Source of the DNA: a virus
Taxonomy: Duplodnaviria > Heunggongvirae > Uroviricota > Caudoviricetes
Direction: 5' to 3' (one strand)
Length of the DNA stretch: 37,698 nt
Virus record (IMG/VR): IMGVR_UViG_3300029982_000015
Part shown: positions 1 through 8,618 of the stretch, piece after piece
Layout: the number at the start of each line of letters is the position of its first letter
Position numbering within the stretch: position 1 is the stretch's first letter
The notes under the pieces: generated by a model
Told to the model about the DNA's origin: nothing
The model's input: only the letters and a program-made list of their open reading frames with translations
Database searches by the model: none
Translations under genes and position numbers: made by a program

Positions 1-1
1 G

Positions 2-2734
2 GCAAACAAAAAGGCGGAGTACGAAGGCTGGACTAACCAGAGCACTTGGTATGTTGCCCTGCTTATCAACAACTCTAAGCAGACGCAAGACCTTGCCGAT
101 AATCTGGCAAAGAATGCCGTCAAGCTCCGCAATCAAGGAAAATTCAACCTTGATGCCTTAGTTAAAGAGTTTGCCCGTAACTTCAGCCGATTCGAAAGAC
201 AAGCTCGTAAAGAACACGAGGAGCGTGCAGCCGAAGCTCGTGAAGAACGAGGCAGGTATGAGCGTGAACAGCTTGAGGGTAAACCTGAACTGACCGACGA
301 GCAGCTTAAAGCGTTGCCCTCGGAAGAGCGTGTCAGACACATCGTTGATAGTCTCGTTGGCCCCTACTATGAGATGGGGGGAACCACCAACCAAGAGGAG
401 CCGTTCGACCCGGTTGATTGGAAAGAAATAGCTCTTAACTTCTTTGAAGAGATGGCACGAGATTCAAACACCCCGGTCGAAGATGATGACATCGACCCCT
501 TCAGTGAGGCGGATAAGGCAGAAGCACGACGGATGGGTATTGAAGCCAGCAGCAAGAGGGGTTCCAACATGACTTTGTACCACGTAACCTACACGAAGAG
601 TGCCGCCAAAATAAGGCGAACGGGAATTCGGCTTATGCAGCCCACTAACTGGGCTCAGGGAGATGGAACTCGGTACGGTGGCGGTGAAATTTATGCCTTC
701 AATAACCCCCACGACGCAATGCGTTGGGCGGTGAAAATGCAATGGGAGTTCAAGGAACCAATCAGCATTGTTGTCTTCGACTCTGGAGATAAGACATGGG
801 AAGTAGATGACAACGACCCTCTATCACAAATGACGGCCAAGGGTCAGTGGTTAAAATGTGAACACCCTATCCCACCTGAAAATATCAAGAAGATAATCGA
901 CGTGACGCCTGAACTCATCCGTTCAGTGATGTCTGAAGGAAAGAAAGCCATGATTACCAGCGACACACAACTCGAATCAAAGCCGGTGCCTCAAGGCGAA
1001 GCTCCCAAGGATGATATAGGGGTCAACTCCCATCCGGCGGACGGCGCTGCTGGCGGGTCTCCTGTGCTTGACGGACAGGTGCTCCACACCGAACGGCCTA
1101 ACGTGAACGCCATGCGTGAGGCCATCGAGACTCAAAAGGAAATGGAAGTCGGCAAGCCTGTTGACGTAAAGCAGGAGGAAGTCAAGTCCGATAAGGCGGT
1201 TACAGTGGAGAAGGGCAGCGGTACACAAATCATCATTAACATTGCTGGCAAGGAAAAGAAGCTAACGTTCTCAAATCGGGCAACTGCCTCTGCATTCATC
1301 AAGGGTGCATCAGCTAAGTTCGGTATGAAGTTCAAGCTGGTAGCCTCCGAAGTGGTTACTTTGAAGCCCGGTGACCGAATTGGATGGAAAACACATCAAA
1401 TAGGCAACGACACTCGTCAAGGTGTAGTCACAACCGTACTGCCACCAAACGATGACAACCTCGTGATATTCGACGCTAAGCAAGAAGACCTTGGTGGAAA
1501 TCCCAAGGGCACTGTTTGGGGTTACATGGGTCTTGTCTTTGAAATCAATGGACAGCGCGTAAAGCCGGTCAATCCAGAAGCTGCTGAATTTGAAATCCTC
1601 GGGTCACAGACAGCAAGCATGGCACCTCAACAGGACTTGGATAACGATAAACCGACTACCTCAGGCATTAGTGACATAGGTGGTGGGGCTCCAAGCTTCA
1701 AAGGAGCGTCAAAACAAAATGAGATTTGTATCCATTGTGGGAAGCCAAAACGCGAACACAAAAAGAATAAACAAAATAAGTGGTTCTGTTCTGGTTGGTC
1801 TAAGGAATTTAGGTCTGAAAAAAACTCCCCCAAGTATGAATCAGATAAAAAGGATGGTTCTATGAAACAAGCTGGTGGTATGAATTTCTCTCCGAGCAAC
1901 GTGCCGTCGCAAGTTGTGCAGGAGTTCTATCCTGAACTTCAGCACGAACTTATCAGCTACCCGAACGTTACTAACGCTCCGATGGTAAACCCTGAAATCT
2001 CGGGGGACTCTCACACGCTGGGTGTGGCTCCCGCTGAAGGCATCGGTGAGGCTGTGCTGCAAGGTCTTGATGTCGATCCTGAAGGTGAAGGTGATGGTGG
2101 TGAACTCCTGCCCGGTGCTCTTGAGGATGCGTTCGACAAGTTGACCATCGTCAGCTATGTCTCCACCTCCCCGGCTGGTGGCATGGGTATTGGCCGTGAC
2201 GGTAAGTCTCAAGTGCTCGAAGGTACCCCTCTTCGCAAGGAGAACGACATTCGTGGACCGATGTTCACCGACGAGTTCTACCAGAACTATCAGGCCGTTC
2301 CGGGTGCTGCTCTTGCGGCTCTCAAGGAGAAGGTTGCTGGTGCTGACGAGAAGAACCAGTTCGCCCTATTCCTGAAGCGCGTCATGGGTGAAGTTGCCGC
2401 ATCCTTCATTGCCGCATTTAAGGTCACTAGCAAGATGCCAATGAACAAGGTGCCCGGTGTCGGTGAGATTCAGTTGGCTCAAATTGAACAGGCTACCAAT
2501 GTGTCGGCATTCAACATTGTCAACACGGGCTCTCGCGTCAAATACCTCATGGATAAGCTGACCGACTCTGAGATTCAGGACGCCATCAATGATGCGTTCG
2601 CTCAAGGTGCTGTATGGCATGATGGCAAGGAAGGTGGATTCGTGTACGAGGTGTTCGTTCGTGCCGAGACCATCGACACTGACAGCATGATCCTGAAGTA
2701 CAAATTCGTTACTGGAACCAAAGAGGCTGAATGA
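2..2734 (+). CDS. 5'-truncated modular phage protein: YxGWTN..TW...VDWxEIA domain, YHVT ART-fold domain, SH3-like segment, CxxC-H-C zinc finger, conserved-looking C-terminal domain; probably virion-associated
   Basis: The frame of the 314..2734 ORF is open back to base 2 (ANKKAEYEGWTNQSTWYVALLINN...), so the true start is upstream of the window. LYHVTY at 575-592 and IPPENI at 869-886 resemble the Tpt1/KptA-type ART fold. CIHC at 1727-1738. Confidence 0.8.
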   Translation, partial: ANKKAEYEGWTNQSTWYVALLINNSKQTQDLADNLAKNAVKLRNQGKFNLDALVKEFARNFSRFERQARKEHEERAAEAREERGRYEREQLEGKPELTDEQLKALPSEERVRHIVDSLVGPYYEMGGTTNQEEPFDPVDWKEIALNFFEEMARDSNTPVEDDDIDPFSEADKAEARRMGIEASSKRGSNMTLYHVTYTKSAAKIRRTGIRLMQPTNWAQGDGTRYGGGEIYAFNNPHDAMRWAVKMQWEFKEPISIVVFDSGDKTWEVDDNDPLSQMTAKGQWLKCEHPIPPENIKKIIDVTPELIRSVMSEGKKAMITSDTQLESKPVPQGEAPKDDIGVNSHPADGAAGGSPVLDGQVLHTERPNVNAMREAIETQKEMEVGKPVDVKQEEVKSDKAVTVEKGSGTQIIINIAGKEKKLTFSNRATASAFIKGASAKFGMKFKLVASEVVTLKPGDRIGWKTHQIGNDTRQGVVTTVLPPNDDNLVIFDAKQEDLGGNPKGTVWGYMGLVFEINGQRVKPVNPEAAEFEILGSQTASMAPQQDLDNDKPTTSGISDIGGGAPSFKGASKQNEICIHCGKPKREHKKNKQNKWFCSGWSKEFRSEKNSPKYESDKKDGSMKQAGGMNFSPSNVPSQVVQEFYPELQHELISYPNVTNAPMVNPEISGDSHTLGVAPAEGIGEAVLQGLDVDPEGEGDGGELLPGALEDAFDKLTIVSYVSTSPAGGMGIGRDGKSQVLEGTPLRKENDIRGPMFTDEFYQNYQAVPGAALAALKEKVAGADEKNQFALFLKRVMGEVAASFIAAFKVTSKMPMNKVPGVGEIQLAQIEQATNVSAFNIVNTGSRVKYLMDKLTDSEIQDAINDAFAQGAVWHDGKEGGFVYEVFVRAETIDTDSMILKYKFVTGTKEAE

Positions 2735-3021
2735 TAATCAAGTTAGCAGGAATGCACCAGCCACAAATACCGTGGCGTGAGCAAATTGACCTACTCGAAG
2801 TTGATGCCTTGACTGACGAGTACAGCTTTGACGACTTGCTGGAGTCGGTCGAAGAAGGGGGTATGGGAGTTACATCGGCACGACGGGTGGCTACCCCTAT
2901 GCCAAGGTTCCAACGTCAGGACAACACAGTTAAAACGGCAAGAGCAAGCCGCTGGGATGATGAGTTCGCGTCGGCTCAATCTCACGCCCGAGACCTACTG
3001 GCTAAACTAGGAAACGGATAG
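2731..3021 (+). CDS. hypothetical protein immediately upstream of terL
   Basis: ATGA overlap with the upstream stop codon; 96 aa; contains KLAG, RVAT and KTAR motifs like the polyprotein linkers. Confidence 0.7.
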   Translation: MIIKLAGMHQPQIPWREQIDLLEVDALTDEYSFDDLLESVEEGGMGVTSARRVATPMPRFQRQDNTVKTARASRWDDEFASAQSHARDLLAKLGNG

Positions 3022-3077
3022 CCGAACCCGTTTTCTCAATAAAATCGCCAATATCGAACCCTTAGGCAGGAGCATTT

Positions 3078-6000
3078 ATGCCGAGAGGTAGTAGATTCAA
3101 AAAATCCACCGAGGGTTCGGTCTTTGGTCGGGTTATAGAAAACAGTATCGAAGATACCAGCAAGCTTTTAAACGCTATAGACTTTATAGAATCACCGCAG
3201 GGACTTAACATCCAACTGTACCCCCTACAACGGCTGGTCGTGAAGTGTGTTTTCGCAGTTCCCCTTGATTTTAAACCAATTAAAATCCCAATGTGGGATG
3301 TGTTTAGAGAGAAGCTTCTTCGTGAAGTTACCGAAGAAGAATGTCTCCATATCCTCTATGAGGAAGGCCGCTGCAATGTCAATGACTGGCGTGATATTCC
3401 CGAGCGTGGGTTCAACGAGGCCGTCATCTTTGCAGGGCGGCGTGGGGGAAAACTTTTATCTGTTGATGAACTCATTCCCACACCAAGGGGGTTTGTGCGT
3501 AATGGCGATTTAAAGGATGGGGATGCTATTTTTGGAGAGGATGGAAAAGTATATAACGTTAAGTACGCCCACCCGATTCAAGAAGAGGTTGCATTTAAAG
3601 TAAGCTTTGATGATGGAACCTTTACGTATGCCCATGCTGGGCACCTCTGGCATACATATACTAAAGATGAACGTAAGAATCTCAACCGCCGTAAAAGAAA
3701 CACATTGGAACTTTCAACTGAGGGGGGTTGTGCTTGTGGCTGTGGTCGTGAATTAGAACCAACAAACCCTAATCATCGACTATTTAACCCCGGTAGGAAG
3801 TTCAGACGAGGACACTTTTTACGTCCGACCGTGAATGGGGGAGTTAGAACAACTGAAGAGATTCTTCAAACATTGAAGGTGGTTAGTAACCCCCAAAAGG
3901 AGCCGCAAGCTAACCACTCAATCCTCTTAACTCACCCGATTTCCCTACCTGAACAGGAGTTACCTTTAGACCCATACTGTCTCGGTGCGTGGCTTGGAGA
4001 TGGATCAACAGGTGCAGCAAGTATTACTGGACTTGACCCCGAAATACTCGCCGAATTTACTCACGCTGGGTACAATGTGCGACAAGGTAAAAATCCCAAA
4101 TCGTGGGGGGTTAGAGGGCTTCTCTCTGATTTAAGAAACATTGGCGTTTTGAAGGTTAAGCATATTCCTGATAAATACCTATGGGCATCGGTAGCGCAGC
4201 GACTGGCTTTACTTCAGGGTTTAATGGACACAGACGGCTCCTGTATGTTGGATGGGCAATGTGAGTTTTCAAATACTAACGAAGGCTTATCTAGGGGGGT
4301 ATATCTCCTTGCGGCTTCCCTTGGGTTAAAACCCTATTGGTCTGAAAAATTACCTGTGTGTACAAACTCCCCCGAAGGAAAAAAAGTATGTAAGCGTGCT
4401 TATCTAGTTAAGTGGACGGGTCGCCTTCCAGTGTTTCGCCTTAAAAGAAAGCTTGATAGGCTCTTAAGTAAAGTAAAAACCACTCAGAATTGGAGGTACA
4501 TCACCAGCATTGAACCTGCGGGTAAAATGCAGATGCGGTGCATAACCACCACCAATCCATCTGGTCTTTACCTCTTCGGAAGTAACTTCAATGTCACTCA
4601 TAATTCTCAGGTAGTGTCTGCCATCGGTGCCTACACCCTCTACAAGCTCCTCAGCATACGTTCCCCACAGGACTACTTCAGTCTTGTCCCCGGTTCCCCG
4701 GTAGACTTCACCTTTATGGCTCAGGATGACTCAGGTGCCAGCCGTCTTTATGAGAAGCTCCGCGAAGACATTAACCGGGCTCCGTTCTTCAACCCCTATC
4801 TGAAGACATCCTCCAGTGCATCACTAGGCTTCGTCTCAGATCAAGACCGCATGAAGCGTGACACGACTCCGACCATCAATGTTAGATCGTTCCCCTGTAC
4901 CACCAACGCTTCCCGTGGTCCGTCCAACATCTTTCTTGCACTGGATGAGTTTGCCCACTTCCGGTCGGCCAAGGGCTCAGCATCAGATGAGGTCTACGCG
5001 GCTGCTAAGCCTTCCACAATCAACTTCAAGCACGCCGAGCTAATCAATGGTGGGGGATGGGTAAGTGAAAAGGCCGCAAAGGAAATCCCGTATGACCAAT
5101 ACCGGATGTTCCAAGACTCCCTCGTGCTTTCCATCTCCAGCCCGTGGACAAAGGTCGGTAAGATGTACGACCTTCACAAGCAAGCTTTAGAGAGAGGTCC
5201 AAAGTCTGGCATCTTTACCCTTCGCGCATCCACCGCCGAGATGAATCCCACTATTCTCCCCATTACACTTCGTCAAGAATATGAGACAAACGCACTCACG
5301 TTCAAGGCTGAGTATGGTGGTCAGTTCCTAGAGTCATCTGAATCGTACGTTACCGAGGCTCAGATTCGTGCTTGCACAGACGTGAGATATGAAAAAACGA
5401 TCAGTGGTCTGGAAGAACCAGACCTAAGCACGGCTCGTTTCAACATCATCAAGTTCCACCCGAATGCAATCGGTCGCCAATTCTTTTGGGCAATCGACTT
5501 GGGTATGATGAACGACGCTACGGCAGTCGCTATCGGCCACTTGGAATACAAGGGTGGAGCCCAGCCCATCCATCTCGTCTATGACTACATCGACCGCATG
5601 ATGGTAGGAGAGAAGTTTGACAGTATTGGAGTGCAGTCCATCCCCGGTATCGACAAGTATGTTGGATTCAAAACTCTGCCTCTCGAAGACATCTTGTCAT
5701 GGCTCAAGGCGTTAAACTCTTTGATGCCTTGCTATCGCGGAGCGACCGACCAACATGGCGGTCAACAACTTGTACAGCTACTTGACCTGAACAAGATTCA
5801 CAATATAGAACTTGTGAACCTCACTACAACCATCAACTCACAGATGGCGTATGTGCTTCAGGGTTACATCCGCGACTCACGTTGCAGATTCCCCTACGTT
5901 CCGAAGTTCCTCCAAGAGTTACGTCTTGTAGAAGCTGAATACATCAACAAGTATCAGATACGTGTGCAAGCACCAATGGAAAAAGGATCACACGACGATA

Positions 6001-6257
6001 TGGTAGACGCTGCTCAACTTTGTGCTTATGTGGCACAGAAGTGGCTCGTGGAAGAAGGTGGGTTGAAGATAGACCCAACTGGACAGAGCATCCTCATGTC
6101 AGAGCAGTTAAACCAACCAGCGGGAATTATCGCAAGTTTAGATGGGATTATGATGCGTGACTTACAAGTGTTCGAACGCATCAAGAAAATCCAATCAAAC
6201 ATGGCAAGTTTTGGCACTGAGATAGTACGTAATCCATTTCATCGCAGAGGCCGTTGA
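3078..6257 (+). CDS. terL: terminase large subunit, intein-containing
   Basis: Walker A GRRGGK|S (rejoined after removing the intein), Walker B FLALDEFAH, RNase H-like nuclease motifs WAIDLG...NDATA and HDDMVDA; GGAG upstream of ATG. Confidence 0.93.
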   Translation: MPRGSRFKKSTEGSVFGRVIENSIEDTSKLLNAIDFIESPQGLNIQLYPLQRLVVKCVFAVPLDFKPIKIPMWDVFREKLLREVTEEECLHILYEEGRCNVNDWRDIPERGFNEAVIFAGRRGGKLLSVDELIPTPRGFVRNGDLKDGDAIFGEDGKVYNVKYAHPIQEEVAFKVSFDDGTFTYAHAGHLWHTYTKDERKNLNRRKRNTLELSTEGGCACGCGRELEPTNPNHRLFNPGRKFRRGHFLRPTVNGGVRTTEEILQTLKVVSNPQKEPQANHSILLTHPISLPEQELPLDPYCLGAWLGDGSTGAASITGLDPEILAEFTHAGYNVRQGKNPKSWGVRGLLSDLRNIGVLKVKHIPDKYLWASVAQRLALLQGLMDTDGSCMLDGQCEFSNTNEGLSRGVYLLAASLGLKPYWSEKLPVCTNSPEGKKVCKRAYLVKWTGRLPVFRLKRKLDRLLSKVKTTQNWRYITSIEPAGKMQMRCITTTNPSGLYLFGSNFNVTHNSQVVSAIGAYTLYKLLSIRSPQDYFSLVPGSPVDFTFMAQDDSGASRLYEKLREDINRAPFFNPYLKTSSSASLGFVSDQDRMKRDTTPTINVRSFPCTTNASRGPSNIFLALDEFAHFRSAKGSASDEVYAAAKPSTINFKHAELINGGGWVSEKAAKEIPYDQYRMFQDSLVLSISSPWTKVGKMYDLHKQALERGPKSGIFTLRASTAEMNPTILPITLRQEYETNALTFKAEYGGQFLESSESYVTEAQIRACTDVRYEKTISGLEEPDLSTARFNIIKFHPNAIGRQFFWAIDLGMMNDATAVAIGHLEYKGGAQPIHLVYDYIDRMMVGEKFDSIGVQSIPGIDKYVGFKTLPLEDILSWLKALNSLMPCYRGATDQHGGQQLVQLLDLNKIHNIELVNLTTTINSQMAYVLQGYIRDSRCRFPYVPKFLQELRLVEAEYINKYQIRVQAPMEKGSHDDMVDAAQLCAYVAQKWLVEEGGLKIDPTGQSILMSEQLNQPAGIIASLDGIMMRDLQVFERIKKIQSNMASFGTEIVRNPFHRRGR
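3453..4604 (+). mobile_element. class 3 intein (384 aa) with LAGLIDADG homing endonuclease, inserted in the TerL P-loop
   Basis: Begins LLSVDELIPTPRGF...GDAIFGEDG (block A without Cys/Ser). HLW in block B, MRCI in block F, VTHN/S at the C-terminal junction. LAGLIDADG motifs LGAWLGDG and LQGLMDTDG. Confidence 0.9.
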
Positions 6258-6319
6258 GAGAATTACCACTACGGGTTCTTTTTAGTAGGGAAGTAACTCA
6301 CCGAAAGGACTCAACGCAC

Positions 6320-6712
6320 ATGTTTATCCTCCAAGCTAATCCTTTGCTCCCCATCTGGCAATACGGGGCCGCTACAGGTTCAGCCTTCATTTGTGTGGGG
6401 TTGTTCATTTGGTCGCAGGTACAACTTGCAACTTTCAAATCGACGGTCGAAGCTAACACCAAAGCTATCACCGAGAGTAATGACGAGCTTAAGAAGCTTA
6501 TTGAAGCACAGTCTAAAGCTCAAGACAAACTCGCGGAATCCGTTCATCAGTTGGCAGAAGGAGTTAAGGTTCAAGCCGGGGTTCAGCATGAGCAGTTCCA
6601 GTTACTACGGGACATGGCAACTGAACAACGAGTCCTATCGGCCAATCAACTGACCATCATGAACGGGTTTCAACGGGTAGTGGAGCAGCTTATCGACGCA
6701 GTACGAGAATAA
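6320..6712 (+). CDS. membrane-anchored coiled-coil protein
   Basis: AAGGA before ATG 6320; hydrophobic stretch GAATGSAFICVGLFIW followed by a heptad-like Q/E/K-rich segment. Confidence 0.7.
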   Translation: MFILQANPLLPIWQYGAATGSAFICVGLFIWSQVQLATFKSTVEANTKAITESNDELKKLIEAQSKAQDKLAESVHQLAEGVKVQAGVQHEQFQLLRDMATEQRVLSANQLTIMNGFQRVVEQLIDAVRE

Positions 6713-6725
6713 GGACGACGTTTTT

Positions 6726-6923
6726 ATGGCAGTAGACAAGTTCTCTGGAACCGCAGCGTTTCCCAACTTCTTGGCGATTCTCAGCAGTAGAAAATCGCTT
6801 GAAAACACGCTTGCTCAATTTGAAGAGCAGGTAGCTATTCACCCACCAGATGTCATCCGCAAGCGGCTCAGGAAGCGGCTGTCCGACATACGAATAAACA
6901 TCAACGGTGATGATGAAGTGTAG
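6726..6923 (+). CDS. hypothetical protein
   Basis: AAGGA upstream, ATG start, 65 aa, co-oriented with its neighbours. Confidence 0.6.
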   Translation: MAVDKFSGTAAFPNFLAILSSRKSLENTLAQFEEQVAIHPPDVIRKRLRKRLSDIRININGDDEV

Positions 6924-6970
6924 TTGAAACGACGGCAAATCCTACCAAATTTTTTCACTTCTACCTCTGT

Positions 6971-6999
6971 TTGACTTCCTCCTCGTCATAGCTTAACGT
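6971..6999 (+). promoter_or_regulatory. sigma70-type promoter candidate upstream of the sigma-like gene
   Basis: TTGACT (6971-6976), 17-nt spacer, TAACGT (6994-6999), in the 235-nt intergenic region. Confidence 0.45.
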
Positions 7000-7158
7000 T
7001 TGAATACCAAGTAAACCCTACCCCAGTAACCTCCTTTGGCTACTGAGGTTTACACACTTTAGCGGAGAAATTATTTAGTGCTCCGCATCGGGTGGAATCC
7101 GAGTATTAACATCTTATCCCCACTACTATAAGTGGGACTTGTTTGCCGTGGAGGCGTA

Positions 7159-8580
7159 ATGCTTCAGACTACACCATTTGTAGGTGCCCCCGAAACCGTG
7201 GTTAAACCCCCCTCTATCAGTCATGATGAAATCCTTCAATTCATTAAAAATGAAGGTATTGGGGTGGTCATTCAGACCATGGTTACTCACTTTACCAACA
7301 CGATCAAAGACACAGTTGCAGTCGCTGTTAACGAGCACCTTGCTCGTCTCGGTACTACAGTTGTGACTATGGTTGAACCTGCCGTCGCCGAACCAGTCGC
7401 TGTAACCTCCAGCCCGATCTTCGTTGCAGTCGAACTCGCTGTAACCAAAAGCGAAATTGAAACTGAAGCACCAGTATCGCCCTCACTATCTCCTCGGAAG
7501 AGACAACTTAGCGATGAAGCACGCAAGCGTATCTCCGAGTCACAAAAAGCAAAATGGGCAACAAGAGACCGCAAGCTAACTCCTGAAGCTAGGGCCAAAA
7601 TCTCCGAGTCACAACGCAAGCGTTGGGCTGTCAAGAATGGCACAACCTATGTTCCGGCTACGCCACGTGAGGCCGAAGATGCACCTACGGAGGCAGACAG
7701 GCAAACGCAACCTTGTGACCCAGTAACAGTAACTGCTGCGATTACACCCACCTTAACAATTCCGGTTGGTGCAGTTCTTGCAGTTAAAGAGGGCTACAAA
7801 GGTGATCCTTTCTACATTAGTGAGGATGGGCACTTCATCGGTCACGACGGGTTTGTTGTACCCAAGGATTTTGAGGAGTTCATCGAACGTCAGCCTAAGT
7901 ACATCGAAACTTGGGTTCGCCGTCGCTTGAATGGGTATGGCATCGAGGAGGACATTGAAGACTGGTGTCAGGATTTGATGATCCACATGAAGTACCTGCC
8001 ACCCACATCCAAGCACCGTAAGAACGGCAAAACAGATGTGTTCCAAACCTTTGATCCTTTCTCCCAGTATGGGGCGTCAGAGCGTCGGTGGCGTTACTAC
8101 ATCAACTACTGCCTCACCAACAAGTACAACACCATTCACGGCAAACGGACAAAGAACCCAGTCTGTCGTGCTGGTAACTTGTCCTTAGCCTCAGAGACAA
8201 ATCCCGAAGTTCACGGGGAAGTTACGGATGAGTATGTGTACTCTAAGTCGGAGTACCTCATGGCTGCGACGAACCGCGAGGAGAAAAAACTGGAAGATCA
8301 ATTCTTTGCCCATGCCTTTATCAAGTACGTTGAGGAACACGACCCTGATGTATTCCCCGTCCTTGTAGCTGTGTACGAGGCTGGCACCAGCGCCGAGACC
8401 ATCAAAGAGTTTTGTCGGACGTGCCAACGGCTGGCAACTACGGTGGAGATGGAGCACGAGGAGCATAAGGGGCATGAAATCGGGCTGACTCCACAGGAAT
8501 ACAACCGTGCCCGGATTCGTCTCAAGCAGTTGGCCGGTGCCTTCACGAAGCAGCGTGGTCGTAAATCTGTGAAAGGCTGA
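7159..8580 (+). CDS. sigma-70/ECF-like transcription factor with N-terminal NUMOD3-like basic repeats
   Basis: GGAGG before ATG 7159. Region-2-like EDIEDWCQDL...FDP...WRYYINYCLTNKYNTIHGKR. Region-4-like C-terminus LTPQEYNRARIRLKQL with a CRTC/HEEH insert. Confidence 0.55.
   Translation: MLQTTPFVGAPETVVKPPSISHDEILQFIKNEGIGVVIQTMVTHFTNTIKDTVAVAVNEHLARLGTTVVTMVEPAVAEPVAVTSSPIFVAVELAVTKSEIETEAPVSPSLSPRKRQLSDEARKRISESQKAKWATRDRKLTPEARAKISESQRKRWAVKNGTTYVPATPREAEDAPTEADRQTQPCDPVTVTAAITPTLTIPVGAVLAVKEGYKGDPFYISEDGHFIGHDGFVVPKDFEEFIERQPKYIETWVRRRLNGYGIEEDIEDWCQDLMIHMKYLPPTSKHRKNGKTDVFQTFDPFSQYGASERRWRYYINYCLTNKYNTIHGKRTKNPVCRAGNLSLASETNPEVHGEVTDEYVYSKSEYLMAATNREEKKLEDQFFAHAFIKYVEEHDPDVFPVLVAVYEAGTSAETIKEFCRTCQRLATTVEMEHEEHKGHEIGLTPQEYNRARIRLKQLAGAFTKQRGRKSVKG
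7507..7629 (+). repeat. two tandem NUMOD3-like repeats (LSDEARKRISESQKAKWA / LTPEARAKISESQRKRWA)
   Basis: Direct protein repeat; both copies share the DNA segment ATCTCCGAGTCACAA. Confidence 0.8.
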
Positions 8581-8585
8581 TATGG

Positions 8586-8618
8586 AACGCATTAGTGAGG
8601 CTTGCTAATGCGTTTCTT
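8586..8618 (+). terminator. hairpin after the sigma-like gene (terminator-like; overlaps the start of the next gene)
   Basis: Perfect 10-bp stem AACGCATTAG (8586-8595) / CTAATGCGTT (8605-8614), followed by TCTT. Confidence 0.45.

Noticed and set aside
2731-3021. Calling the gene upstream of terL the small terminase subunit
   Set aside because: Only position supports it; no HTH or TerS-like motif is visible.
7070-7105. GGTGGAATCC stem-loop resembling a tRNA T-arm
   Set aside because: The loop is GTGGAAT rather than TTCRAAT, and no D-arm, anticodon arm or acceptor stem can be built.
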